Assembly: GCA_951406725.2 (NCBI GenBank)
Contig: OX597824.1
Location: 73,222,001 to 73,286,000 of the forward strand
Direction of reading: 5' to 3'
Source: Octopus vulgaris
Taxonomy: Eukaryota
DNA length: 64,000 nt
The position numbers were made by a program, and so were the translations under genes. Under the pieces are notes generated by a model. It was not told the DNA's origin and made no database searches. It worked only from the letters and a program-made list of their open reading frames with translations. Shown here piece after piece: positions 1-13,286 of this stretch (within the stretch, counting starts at the first letter, position 1; each line of letters opens with the position of its first letter).

Positions 1-387
1 TGCCAAGGACTAATATGGAGGCAACCTGGGTCAACTTGACATCTGCATTTTATCCAAGTACCCAAAGGACAAATACAGGAGTACGTCTTCATAAATGAAA
101 CATCCCCAGTACTAAGTAGGAAATATACGTAGTAGGTAGTCATACTGCCATGCCCACAGTTTATATTTATATAGAGGTAGAATAGTTAGTGGGATGTTAT
201 ATAGATGAATGTATGTTGGTGTGTGTGTATATGCCTATGCACATGTATGCAGGCAAATGGATATGAAAGTAAACATACTGACGGATAGGTACATAGGTAA
301 TATGAATAGACAAGCACACATTCACGCATACATATGCAAATGAAGACTGAAACATGTGACCATATACACACAAACTTCACTATATAT

Positions 388-601
388 CTCTTTTACTTGT
401 TTCAGTCATTTTACTGTTGCCATGCTGGAGCACCGCCTTTAGTCGAGCAAATCGACCCCAGGACTTATTCTTTGTAAGCCTAGTACTTATTCTATCGTTG
501 TCTTTTGCCGAACCGCTAAGTTACAGGGACGTAAACATATCAGCATCACATCAGTTGTCAAGCGATGTTGCGAGGACAAACACAGACACACAAACATACA
601 T

Positions 602-652
<51 letters not shown>

Positions 653-810
653 CATATATATACGACGGGCTTCTTTCAGTTTCCGTCTACCAAATCCACT
701 CACAAGGCTTTGGTCGGCCCGAGGCTATAGCAGAAGACACTTGCCCAAGGTGCCACGCAGTGAGACTGAACCCGGAACCATGTGGTTGGTAAGCAAGCAA
801 CTTACCACAC
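388..810 (-). mobile_element. SINE family A (tRNA-like head, internal TA/CA microsatellite, stem-loop tail)
   Basis: Near-identical to about a dozen other copies in window; A/B-box-like head GGCTGTGTGG...GGTTCAGTCCC; tail CAGTC-AAAT-GACTGAAAC. Confidence 0.85.
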
Positions 811-1084
811 AAATTTTATGTATGTACACCACTATAAACAAATCATTTCTGCAGGTCGTTCGGCAAAAGCTGAACATTTATGTGTCGTCTTCGACGAGAG
901 AGTCCATCATCTTATATATGTACATACATACATACATACATCAACAATTAAACAAGAAGAGGGATTACTTCAACATGTTTTTGTTACATGTTATTCTGTG
1001 TTCTGAATACTTTTATTTTAATAAATGTTGCTTACTGCAAGTTATGGATTATTCTTTTATGACTTCATTGCTTTCAGGCTTAGC

Positions 1085-1269
1085 TTAAGGTATTTTCGCG
1101 CCCGACATCACAAAATGCGTCTGAATAAACATAGCCAGACAGCAAATAGAGACTTGGACATTGCTTAGAAAATATCTTTCGTTTTTAACCTCGTATATAG
1201 TACGCACTAAGGATTTTGACCATTAAATTTTGGGGGGAAAGTGCGGATTATACTCGGGGATTTACAGTA
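1085..1269. mobile_element. Terminal fragment of pogo/Tigger-like DNA element
   Basis: End GTGCGGATTATACTCGGGGATTTACAGTA resembles TACCGTA-type TIRs; partner end not found. Confidence 0.35.
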
Positions 1270-1501
1270 CAAGTTATTTTGCATTTGAACTGCGAGAATT
1301 GAAAGTTAAAAGACAACAGCAGCGAACTCATATACACACCTGATATAACAAGCGACTGAATTAGACTTCTTTGATCTTTACGTACATATACATATACGTG
1401 TATATATAAATCCTCTCTCTCTCTCTCTCTCTTTAATATGTGTGTGTGTTTGTGTGTGTATGTATGTATAACTGTACATGTCTGTATATGTGTGTGTGTA
1501 A

Positions 1502-1550
<49 letters not shown>

Positions 1551-1855
1551 CAGTTTATAAGAAGAATGTGGACTTCAGTTGCTTGTCTGTTCATGTTCAT
1601 TCGCTGACATTTCCCCCTCCCCTCCACTAATTTTTTCCAGTTCAAATACAAGATAGCTGTCTTTACATGTTTTTCTTTATTTGTTTGTTTGTTTGTTTGT
1701 TTTTTTCTTTGTTTGTTTGTTTTTCTTTTAAACATTTTCCCCCTCGGGATGGATTAGTTTTCTTCATTTACGCTGCTTCATTACTCTGTATCGCGTGTTT
1801 GTGAGTGTGTGTGTGAACGTGGTTAGATTTTGTGTGTGCATATATATATACTCAG

Positions 1856-2241
1856 TGGAGGCACAATGGCCTAGTGGTTAGGGCAGCGGACTCGCGGTCA
1901 TAGGATCGCGGTTTCGATTCCCAGACCGGGCGTTGTGAGTGTTTATTGAGCGAAAACACCTAAAAGAACTCCACGAGTCTCCGGCAGGGGATGGTGGTGA
2001 TCCCTGCTGTACTCTTTCACCACAACTTTCTCTCACTCTTACTTCCTGTTTCTGTTGTACCTGTATTTCAAAGGGCCGGCCTTGTCACTCTCTGTGTCAC
2101 GCTGAATATCCCCGAGAACTACGTTAAGGGTACACGTGTCTGTGGAGTGCTCAGCCACTTACACGTTAATTTCACGAGCAGGCTGTTCCGTTGATTCGGA
2201 TCAACCGGAACCCTTTTCTTCGTAACCGACGGAGTGCTTCC
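1856..2241 (+). mobile_element. SINE family B (tRNA-derived head)
   Basis: TGGCCTAGTGGTTAGGGCAGCGG...GGTTTCGATTCCC A/B boxes; related variants at 3248-3552 (+) and 15445-15752 (-). Confidence 0.85.
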
Positions 2242-2488
2242 ATATATACTCAATTATTTTATTATTTGATGCAGCCAGAGGCTGTGGCCTTAACTTGATT
2301 TATATACTTTAGACAGGTCCCGGCCATTTTGCGCCCAAACTGTGTCGAACTTAAAACAGCACCACCCAGGGAAGTCTTTTTTTGAAGTCATGTTTTCGGA
2401 CACCGTAACCCACTCAAGTGGGGAGTTTATTGACCGAAATATATCTGAGCGTCGGCGGTTTATTCTAGTGTTTCTGGGAAAAAATTTG

Positions 2489-2710
2489 GGCGATCTTTCG
2501 GTACAAGTACCATAACTGCCAAGTCAGTTTGTTTATACATTTGAAAAAGAAAATCGTCACTTTCCGTAAAGTTTTTTTTTTTATATGTATATGTGGGGTT
2601 GGGGTTAGGGTTAGGGGTGGAGGGAAAGGGTTTCATATTTCTTCAGAGATGTAAATAAACATACGTGGGATTATAATTGACAGTTATGTTACTTGTACCG
2701 AAAGATCGCC
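2489..2710. mobile_element. MITE with about 34-bp TIRs and 8-bp TSD (Merlin-like)
   Basis: TIR GGCGATCTTTCGGTACAAGTA.../...TACTTGTACCGAAAGATCGCC; AAAATTTG duplicated at 2481-2488 and 2711-2718. Confidence 0.8.
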
Positions 2711-2902
2711 AAAATTTGTCTAAGTTCATTTTGAATGTTATAGAATCATTTTCCCCTTCAATTTCTTTTGGTATTTCTATTGAATAAAGCGGTAGTAGTT
2801 GAGGTAAAAATGCTGGGTCACATTATGGTTATATGGTTATAAGTAGGGGGCGTATGGCACCGGGAACTTTGTCTGGAGCGACTTGTGAACTTGAAATTCC
2901 CA

Positions 2903-2946
<44 letters not shown>

Positions 2947-3659
2947 CACGTGCACCTGTGTATCTATATCTCTATCTGTTGTTTGGGGTTTAATCTGTTT
3001 CTTTACTGCCCACAAGGGGCTAAACATAGAGGGGACAAACAATGACAGACAAACGGATTAAGTCGATTATATCGACCCCAGTGTGTAACTGGTACTTACT
3101 TTTTCGACCCCGAAAGGATGAAAGGCAAAGTCGACCTCGGCGGTATTTGAACTCAGAACGTAACGGCAGACGAAATACGGCTGCGCATTTCACCCGGCGT
3201 GCTAACGGTTCTGTCAGCTCGTCCCTTGTTTGGGGTTTAATCGTGAAAGCGCATGGCTAAGTGGTCAGAGTATTCGGCTCGCAATTGTTGGATCGCGATT
3301 TCGATTCTCGGCGGCACGTTGTGTCCTTGGTCAAGACCTTTTTATTTCACGGTGCTCCAGTCCACTCAGCTAGCAAAAGTGAGTAGTACCTGTATTTCAA
3401 GGGGTCAGCCTTGTCACACTCTGTGTCACGCTGAATCTCCCTGAGAAGTATGTGAAGGGAATGCACAAGCATTTCAACGCTTGTCTCACGAACAAGCTGT
3501 TCCGTTAATCGGATCAACCGGAACCCTTGTCGTCGTAATTGACGGAGTGCCAGTTAATCTTCAGATTTCCAATAGAGAAGAAGCCGGCTGCCAACTAATA
3601 AACAAAGCTATTTCATTTGATTTTGGCCAACACCAACTATATAGTCTTATATGTCTGTT

Positions 3660-4019
3660 GGCACTCCGTCGCTTACAACGATGAGGGTTCCAGTTAATCC
3701 GATCAACGGAACAGCCTGCTCGTGAAATTAACGTGTAAGTGGCTGAGCACTCCACAGACACGTGTACCCTTAACGTAGTACTCGGGATATTCAGCGTGAC
3801 ACAGAGTGTGACAAGACTGGCCCTTTGAATTACAGACACAATAGAAACAGGAAGTAAGAGTGAGAGAAAGTTGTGGTGAAAGAGTACAGCAGGGATCACC
3901 ACCATCCGGAGCATCGTGGAGCTTTTAGGTGTTTTCGTTCAATAAACACTCACAACGCCCAGTTTGGGAATCGAAACCGCGAGTCCGCTGCCCTAACCAC
4001 TGGGCCATTGCGCCTCCAC
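3660..4019 (-). mobile_element. SINE family B
   Basis: Reverse complement of 1856-2241. Confidence 0.85.
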
Positions 4020-4192
4020 ACTCTTATATGTATCTACATATATATCTACCCATATATGTACGTGCGTGCACGCACAATGTCATTGAGTGTGTAGATCTGT
4101 ACGTGTTGATGTACGTATACATACATATGTATTTTTATGTGTATGCACGTATACATGTATAAATGTACAAATATAAGTGCATGTATGCATAG

Positions 4193-4682
4193 CCACTGCG
4201 TGGCACCTTGGGCAAGTGTCTTCTACTATAGCCTCGGGCCGACCAAAGCCGTGTGAGTGGATTTGGTAGACGGAAACTGAAAGAAGCCCGTCGTATATAT
4301 GTATATATATGTGTGTGTGTTTGTGTCTGTGTTTGCCCCCCCCCCCCCCGACATCGCTTGACAACCGATGCTGGTGTGTTTACGTCCCCGTTACTTAGCG
4401 GTTCGGCAAAAGAGATCGATAGAATAAGTACTAGGCTTACAAAGAATAAGCCCTGGGGTCGATTTGCTCGACTAAAAAGGCGCTGTTCCAGCATGGCCAC
4501 AGTCAAATGACTGAAACAAGTAAAAAAGAGTGAGCGAGTGAGTGAGTGAGCGAGCGAATGAGTGAGTGAGTGAGTGAGTGAGCGAGTGAGCGAGTGAGTG
4601 AGTGAGTGAGCGAGTGAGTGAGTGAGCGAGCGAATGAGTGAGTGAGTGAGTGAGTAAGTGAGTGAGTGAGTGAGTGAGTGAG
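4193..4682 (+). mobile_element. SINE family A, 5' truncated, followed by (GAGT)n tail expansion
   Basis: Family A body 4193-4530, then GAGT/GAGC array to 4682. Confidence 0.85.
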
Positions 4683-5459
4683 AGGGGGGAGAGACTAGTT
4701 AACGTGTGTTGCAATAATATGACATCTGACTTGAAATGTCCAATTCAGGGAAATGAAAAATTGTAAAGAACGGACAAATGAAAAGAGAGGGAAAAAAGGT
4801 CTATAAAGAAGTTAGTTGCTCACGACTGACCCTATCATACTTGAGACAATGGAAGGGAAGGTGATGGAAAGATCAGAAAAAATGAGCCCTTTTGGGAAAC
4901 GGGATACATAGTATTGCATGTTTTCATAGAGATCAAGATGGCGGTACAGGAAAACTTTAGGAATTGCTTATTGAAGATAAGATCTGACCCTTAAGAAAAG
5001 TGTACTGAGTTAGAACTGGAAGGGACACCGTCGTTATCGGATCTTTTGTTAGCTTAAAATGGTTGGAGAAGCTTTTGCACTTAGCAACTGTGTGTAGATG
5101 AAAGGTGTTTTTTTTTTTGAGGGGCTCTGGTGTTGTTACCGTCGCCATCGTGATATGTGTGCAAGTATATATTTATGTATGTGCATATGTGTACATATAT
5201 GTGTGCATGCGTGCGCCAACTCCTGCCATGCAAAAAAAATCTATTCGAAATTTAATACGAGAGCAATAAAAAAAATCAACTGGATTTATTCACAAATACC
5301 CACGGATTATTGTATTTGTATCTATAAATGTATGTATAGACACAAATGCAATAATCCGAGAATATTTGCGAGCAAATCCAGTTGATTTTATTTATTGCTC
5401 TCGTATTAAATTTCGAATAGGTTTTCGTTTGGCAGCTGTTCGCAAGTACCCGCATGCTT

Positions 5460-5605
5460 GGTGTATGTATGTGTATATATATACATATGTATGCATGTAT
5501 GTATGTATGTATGTATGTATGTATGTATGTATGTATGTATGTATGTATGTATGTATGTATGTATGTATGTATCTATGTATGTATGTATGTATGTATGTAT
5601 ATATG

Positions 5606-5648
<43 letters not shown>

Positions 5649-5649
5649 A

Positions 5650-5682
<33 letters not shown>

Positions 5683-5763
5683 ATGTAGATATGTGTACGT
5701 ACGTATGTGTGTATATATATATATATGCATATATATATATATATATATATATGCATATATATA

Positions 5764-5797
<34 letters not shown>

Positions 5798-5860
5798 CTT
5801 TTGTATATATGTATATGCAGATAAGTACTTGCGCTCGTATATGTACGTATATATGTTTGC
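5460..5860. repeat. Compound (TATG)n/(TG)n/(TA)n microsatellite
   Basis: Directly visible; similar tracts at 7705-8058, 15203-15296, 15779-15867, 20020-20357, 58600-59500. Confidence 0.95.
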
Positions 5861-6371
5861 ACATTTGCATGTAAGTATCATGTTAAGTATCGGGTAGCTT
5901 TAAATATCTTGCATGTGTATAAATATCAGGTTGCTTTAAGTGTCACTCACAGTGTAACCCTGTACAACGTGTTTCACGCTAGGATCATCAGTTACTAAAC
6001 TGACATCCTTGTCAGTCTAACCTGGTGAGGAGGGGTGTTTGAAACTCAGAAAGACGAACAACAAGAACTGCATGGGAAGAAAGGAATACAATGTGCCTAA
6101 GGGCAATGCTATAGGACACTTTCTTAAGAAGACATACATTGAAATTAAACATGCGACCTTAGTATAACAATGCAAATGTCGTAAACATCCTGCTATGCTC
6201 GTCGAAGGAGCGCGCTGTAAGACCATTTTAGTAGCGATGGATCCATAGCTTTGCCTGAGAGAAAGGTAAATAGGGCTCCATGCCCTACTGCCTGGTAGGT
6301 GAGTCCAGGAAAACAAAAGCTAAGGGGTATACCTTGAACGAAACACAAAGTTATGGCGGTCAGCTTTAAGG

Positions 6372-6900
6372 CCTTTTTTTTTAAAGCATTCGCTCGTTAC
6401 AAGGTCCTTAGATCACTGGAAACGTAAGAGCTACTAGAATAAAATGGACGCTAGACAGAAGACAATAGTTGACGATGTAGATTAGACTTAAAAGACTGGA
6501 GGTCTTATTGAAGAGGAAAACAAGACTGTGGAAGGGAACTCCAATGTTCAGAGGTGCGAGGGAAGAAACTGGTACTGTAAAGTGCTTTATGACACTTAGG
6601 AAGTTGCACAATATACTGATGAGAAGTGGATGCAAGTCTAGTTGATCGCTGATAAGTTCTTAAAGCAGGAACCAGAGAAGAAAGCTCAGCTGAATAATGT
6701 CCATGAAAATACTTATAGAAAAGAGACAAGGATGCCACAGACCACAATGAGAGATTGAATCCAATTTAGAAGATAGATCAGGACCAATAGCATTACAAAT
6801 ACGGCGTTGAATGCTGTTGAACAGAGTTAAACAATACGCAGGAGCACCTGCCCATATCCGACAAGCTAAATTTTCACCACTCATGAAGCTGAGAATAGGA
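6372..6900 (-). mobile_element. 3' end of a CR1/Jockey-group LINE
   Basis: Frameshifted IWAGAP...IQRRI...SLSLFYKYFHGHYSAEL...SFFPRT; short A tail near 6375-6382. Confidence 0.7.
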
Positions 6901-6952
6901 ACCAATCATCGTCATTGTGGGTCGCGTAGTCACTGGCTTCATTGTGCGGGTA

Positions 6953-7305
6953 TACTCTTTTACCTCTTTCAGTCATTTGACTGCGGCCATGCTGAAGCAG
7001 CGCCTTTAGTCGAGCAAATCGACCCGAGGACTTATTCTCTGTAAGCCTAGTACTTATTCTATCGGTCTCTTTTGCCGAACCGCTAAGTTACGGGGACGTA
7101 AACACACCAGTATCGGTTGTCAAGCGATGTTGGGGGGACAAACACAGATACACAAACGTATACACACACACACATACATACATACATACATACATACATA
7201 CATACATACATACATACATACATACATACATAATACATACATACATACATACATACATACATACATACATACATACATACATACATACATACATACATAC
7301 ATACA

Positions 7306-7341
<36 letters not shown>

Positions 7342-7349
7342 TATATACA

Positions 7350-7402
<53 letters not shown>

Positions 7403-7562
7403 ACGGGCTTCTTTCAGTTTCCGTCTACCAAATCCACTCACAAGGCTTTGGTCGGCCCGAGGCTATAGTAGAAGACACTTGCCCAAGGCGCCATGCAGTG
7501 GGACTGAACCCGGAACCATGTGGTTAGTAAGCAAGCTACTTACCACACAGCCACTCCTACGC
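6953..7562 (-). mobile_element. SINE family A, full length with expanded internal microsatellite
   Basis: Same head and tail as other copies, with about 250 bp of (CATA)n(TA)n inside. Confidence 0.85.
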
Positions 7563-7995
7563 TTTCATAAAAGTATCTTCATAAAAGACTCATGAGTCTT
7601 TTGTTTGGAGTAGTCGTTCTCATTTCGACTGTCGTCATACCATGCGCATTTACGACGGTGAAATATGGACACTTTCATAGTCGCTTTGCACGCGAGGGCC
7701 CACGGTACGTACGTACGTACGTACGTACGTATGTATGTATGTGTATGTTTGTTTGCATATATATAAGTGAATGTATGTGTGCATGTATGATAAGCTAGTA
7801 GATAAACAGATGGGTATGTATGTATATATGTCTGTGTATGTGTGCATGTATATGTATGTAGTGCGTATGTATGTATACATGCGTGCAGGTATGTATATGT
7901 ATGCATGTGCATGTTATGTTTGTATATGTGTCTGTATTTATGCATGTAAGTATGCACGCGTATGTATATAAGTATGCAGGTATGTATGTATGCAT

Positions 7996-8061
<66 letters not shown>

Positions 8062-8190
8062 AAGAGAATTGTAGGCCTTCACCGTACATTGGCTATCGAA
8101 AATACTGTAATAGTGTATATAAGACCTCGTTGCCTATTTTCTCCGTTAAAGTATAAGCTTGAAAGCTGAGTCAATGGAGAGGAATTACAA

Positions 8191-8254
<64 letters not shown>

Positions 8255-8269
8255 GCACTAACCTTTGGG

Positions 8270-8900
8270 AAGAGATTTCAAAAAAATGAGTGTGGCCTTG
8301 CTTTTATAGATGTACAAGCGCTTTCAATTCCTAAGGTTTCTAAGCTCGTGTTATTACATATAGTTAAAGTTGTTTTCAGTAAAATTCTTGTTGACTATTT
8401 CCGGTTTAGTTTCGGACTCGGAAATCTTCATTTATTTTATGAAGAGGAAAAATTGTAAATTTTCCTTGTGCACGGGTGTCCAAATGATCGCTACATGGTA
8501 TGCATCTAAGTGCGGGATGTTTTATTTGATGTCTGTGCAGATTTACACGGCTGGTTAGTTTCGTTTTTGTTTCCCCAATATAATGTTCGTTGCATCGTGG
8601 GCATGTTATACAATATATCAGGTTTTTGCTTTTACAGTTCATATTTGCATTCACCTTTAATTATTTTCCATTCTTGAATTTTTTGGCTGGTCCCTAATCT
8701 ATTAAATCACATGTCCTCCATCGGGGACCTCCACATTTGGTAACTTGCAGCATTTCTTCCTCTGGTGCAAATCTTGCTTTGGTTAGAAGTTTCTGAAGAT
8801 TTGGTGGTTGCCTTCGGCTGTTGATTACTTGTTGTTCCATAGGAACTGGTGTGGAATTGGAAGAAGTCGTTTGGCTGTTTGTAGAATATTGTGGCTCCTG
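8270..8900 (-). mobile_element. Penelope-like element relic, GIY-YIG endonuclease
   Basis: RRQPPNLQKLL...CKSKNLIYCITCPRCNEHYIGET...RVNLHR. Confidence 0.8.
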
Positions 8901-9268
8901 TTTGCAGAATATCGTGGTCGACTTCACCCTCCCCTCAAAGTACTGCTGGCTCTATGACAAAACTTTGAAACGATTATTAAAGATGTCTCTAATGCGGCGA
9001 GCTGGCAGACTCGTTTGCGCACTAGACAAATATTTGGCAGTTATGCGTCCGTCTTTACGTTCTGAGTTCAAACATTGCCAAGATCCACTTTGCCCTTCAT
9101 CGTTTCGGGTTCGATAAAATAAGTACCAGTTTAGCCCTGCGGTCAATTTAATCGACTGCCCCACCCTTCCAAAAAAGATTTCAGGTTTCTGCTTCTTATT
9201 AAAGTATTATTAACGATTTCTCTTTTTTAAGTGGTCGAGAACAGAAGTTTTTAAAATTAATATAATAG

Positions 9269-12261
9269 CATTGAACAAAAAGAAAGTATTACTCACGAAA
9301 TTATATATTTAGTAAATAATTATTAGGGCAATTTTTTTACCTTAAAAATTGCTTCATTTTAATCATATTTTCACACGTTTTAACCTTATTTTTTTAATTT
9401 ATTGACAGATTTTAACCTTGTTATTAATAAAACCAAAAACATTATGGAGGTCACACTAGTTTTATGATACACGAATATTATCACGACAATTTTTAAAAAC
9501 AACAATTTGGAAATTTTATTTCAGCACAATATGATATAATGCTTTAATTTGTAGGCAAAAAATACCTGTCTCTTGCAAGGATTTTTTGTAGAAAAACTGC
9601 GTTCTACAGTAGCTGATGTCGCTTGGCATTGTATCAGATCTGCTTACTCTACGAGTGAAACTTTGGGGTTCATTGGTTGAATTACACTAGGCAACAAAAT
9701 TTTTGCTACTATTAAACGAAGTGGGGCTCATAGGTAATTTGGTAGCGCCAATCTGCAATCATTTTTGCTCTTGCACGTCATGATTTTGCGCTATCATTAT
9801 TATACAGCTATCAAAATTACAATAATGTAAAAATTCATGACAAATAAAATGAATGTTATGTTAAGTGTAAATTACCGTTATTTGGTATAAGAACAATAGC
9901 AACTAGGTGGACAAGTAGCTCTAAAACCAATAAAACACAAAACAAAAGTGTAAAGTGAATATTATTAATTTTATGTTTTTCAAAAATAGCTTTGGCGTCT
10001 TCTTTTAAGCTTATGTTGCATGACCGTTTCTCGTTTTAAAAACCAGTAGTATTCCGTCAGCATGTTTGATGTACGTCTGCCACTGTAGCGGCTTTCTAGC
10101 TCTTTGATTTCTTGATGAAATCGTTCACCATGCTCATCGCTTACATCACCCATATTGGGTGGGAAAAAGTCAAGATGAGAGTGAAGAAAATAAATTTTTA
10201 GAGTCATTCTTGCCCCAAGTTGCTTATAAGCTTTCAAAAAATCATTCGCAATTGCCACGTAGTTAGATGATTTTTTATATCTCAAAAAATGTTTTCCCAA
10301 GCAGTTTTCTCTACTGGGCTTAATTTTTCTTGAAAAAGCTCATCACAAATTAGTGTGAAAATTTCTGGTCCATTAAAAACACCAGCTTTGATCTTAGATT
10401 CACTCTTGCTAGAAACAAATTTTTCGCTGAGATATTTGAATCCTTCACTGTCTTCATTCATGGCCTTAACAAAATTCTTAAACAAGCCAAGTTTAATGTG
10501 TAAGGGAGGAAAGTAAATTTTCTGAGGGTCAACTAAAGAGATATATTTAACGTTGTATCTCCCTGGAGTGAAATCACTTCTCTTTGGCCACTCTTTTTAA
10601 TCATAGTGATGCTTGTCATCTCTGCTGTTCCAAAGGCACAAAAAGCACTGATACTTTGTAATCCATTTGCAATCCAAGAAGCAAACCAATAACTTCCAAG
10701 TCCCTGCATAAATTCCACTTGTGCTCAGAATATTTAAAGTGCAAAATTTTATCCATTGATTCATAAATTTGCTTTCATCCTACAGCATGTACTAGTGGTA
10801 TTGAAGGTTTTTGATTGCCATTATGCAGCAATACACTTTCAGGCTTGCTTTGCTGGAATCTATGAAGAGTCTCCATTTTTCAGGATTATGGCCGTACCCC
10901 ATCTTATGTAGGAGTCCTTCAACATCACAACAAAAACAAATACCATCTTCCTCCGTAAAAAATTTATGCAATTCTATATGCTGTTTCCGAAAATACGAGC
11001 ATTTTACACCATCGTATAAAAGATTCCATTGTTTCAACCTGGAGCCCAGTAATTCTGACTTTTCTTTTTGTTAAACCCAAGTCTCTAACTAAATCATTTA
11101 ACTCAAGTTGAATTAATAAATGAAGAACTTTTTTGAAGATTCTGGTTCATCACTGTGGTCTGCTGTATCACTCGGCACGCCCTCAATTGAAGTAGATGCA
11201 GTACTTTCTTCACTTAAACTATCTTTGTCAAAAGAAGAAAGGGGTTCTGGAATTGGAATATTTTCAGTAGCATGAGCAACTGGTTTTAAAACTGAAGAGC
11301 AATCTGGATAAACAATCTTGGATTTGTTCTTTGAGAAACCTGTGGTGTTAGTTAAGTAGAAATAACAATCGGTTTGTTGCTTCGCGCCATATCATTAGTA
11401 CTGCATATGGCATACTTTTCCGTTTACCATTCAGCCTTTGGGTTAGTGCTATGTAGCAGTTTTTGCAACAAACATGAGGCGCTCACAGTTTATCTTGATC
11501 CCCAACTTTGCACGTAAAGTAAAGCTTGTAAGCATTTTAGATTTTCTTTGCAAGCTTATTCTCTGATCTTTTGGCGTAAATTTTCCACACACGTAAGAAA
11601 CGCTGTTCGGGTGATTAACACAAACTTTTCTGCTCATCATAAATACATAGAGTAATAACCCAAATCAGCACTCAAGGAAGCCTTTCAGTAAACTAAAATA
11701 TAAAATTAATCAACTGTAAATGTTACTGTAAAACATCAAAATATGTTTCTCTAACAAAATCATTGTTATAGAATGTACTGAAGCTATGGCAATCACGAAA
11801 CAATTTTTTCCATCTCTAAATTTCAAACATTGATCACTTTAATAAATAACTAAACTTGCTACTAAACTACTTTTCGTATAACCTGGCTCTCTCATTTGAT
11901 GTACTTTGTTTTAACAGCACTAGCAGTTATCAAAGAAAGGGAGTCTGAGTAGCTTACTATAACCTAATACCGATAGCCTACTATGAGATCTTTACTATAA
12001 TTACAGCGATAACAAAGTAAAATAAATTCTCATCTTGTGTGGCAATTTAACAGGCAGCCTACATTTCCTTCTATCAGCGCTTATTTTTGTTTCAGTGATG
12101 AGTATATGAGGGAAAATCGAAAGCAATTGGTTGGAAAATCTAATGTTGTGAATAGCTAAAAAAAAACCTGCACGTGCTGTCTGAAAACTGATGTCAGATT
12201 CGGATTCAGCACCCTTAAATTACTCTAAATCAGCTGAAAAAGTTCAAATAGCATGACAGTG
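9269..12261 (-). mobile_element. Chapaev3-type (CMC) DNA transposon with fragmented transposase
   Basis: CVNHPNSVSYVCG, WRLFIDSSKASLK, PPLHIKLGLFKNFVKAM, LKIYFLHSHLDFFP...VSDEHGERFHQ across broken ORFs 9980-11640; ends CATTG/CAGTG; subterminal TCGGATTCAGCACCC. Confidence 0.8.
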
Positions 12262-13286
12262 TAATCGAAATGATTTAGTTTTTATTGAATCTAAAATCAC
12301 TGTATTTTATGATGCAACATGAGTCTTCGTTGAATTTCTATTTTTCGAGGCTTTTGTAAGCATTGTAAATGGGGAAGGCTGTTAACTCAGCTTTCGAAAT
12401 CAACTCTTTCAAATGTAGATAGTTTGAATAGATTTGGATGAGGTTACTCCTGATCTCAGGATTTCGTATAGTTTCTTTCGCTCTCCGCACTAAAATACCT
12501 TCATCTTCAAAATTTTCTACAATTTTTGCAACTTCTGCATGGTTCTTGGTATAGTAACTGCATGTTTCCGATCAGCTGTCCTACCTGGTCACAATTGGCT
12601 GAGTGGGGTATCCGATTGTTTTGAATTGCTTTCGACGGTGTGTGTTTTTCACTGTAGCAATCAGACAATCTAATGCAGGATAGAAAGCATTTATTTTTAG
12701 AGCACAGTTGTGCAGTAGGTGAGAGAAGCAGGTTACATGGAAGAGCTTAGGGTACATAACTTGCAATATTTTTCCAGCGACTACCATATACCGAGCAGCA
12801 ACAGACAATCGTAGAAGAAAATTTTCTCATCGAACCGCCATAATTCTTAGCGAATCTTCGGTGATCTGACCGACGACTTTTGATCAGCCAGGCAGTTCTT
12901 GCGATTTTCAACCGTGTTTACACTAAGCATATCAACATATTTTCGGCATGTAAATTGAGATGGCAGTGGCTTATTGACCGAATCTAAGAGACTTCTCGGA
13001 CTTGGATTAGTGAGCATTTGCAAAGGAATGTCGGCCTCAAAAAACGCTTTGATCAACATTGCACCCTGATTTGTAACTGCTCAATTTTAATTGTCTTTTT
13101 AAGATGGTTTTAATGTTTTTTACTCGTTCTGTACGACTCAACAAAATGTTTTTTTATCGCATTTGACATCAACGGGGTTCAGTTTGAAGTATAACTGGTT
13201 ATTGTGCGTCAATACAAATTCTTTTGAGAATTTTTTTTTTAATTTAAAGTTTTTTTTTCCTTCTGGCTTGTGTTTGGCTTTGGCAT
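12262..13286 (-). mobile_element. hAT-related (DUF659/CGGBP-like) transposase relic
   Basis: AFFEADIPL, SVAARYMVVAGKILQVMYPKLFHVTCFSHLLHNCA (CxxH), ATG-CCA-AAG start at 13286. Confidence 0.7.

Noticed and set aside
417-1088. 223-aa ORF and recurring [21 protein letters not shown] peptides
   Set aside because: Antisense translation of SINE family A, repeated in every copy
1856-1935. tRNA-like sequence with A and B boxes
   Set aside because: Head of a multi-copy SINE without a full cloverleaf; not a tRNA gene
5366-5897. Many overlapping ORFs rich in YI/HT/CV/MYV, here and at 7083-8156, 15766-16033, 58743-59573
   Set aside because: Translations of TA/CA/TATG microsatellites, which lack stop codons
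6617-6660. Other CTGANGA motifs (6617, 25893, 28911, 36191, and 2640 on minus)
   Set aside because: No correctly spaced GAAA with stems; not hammerheads
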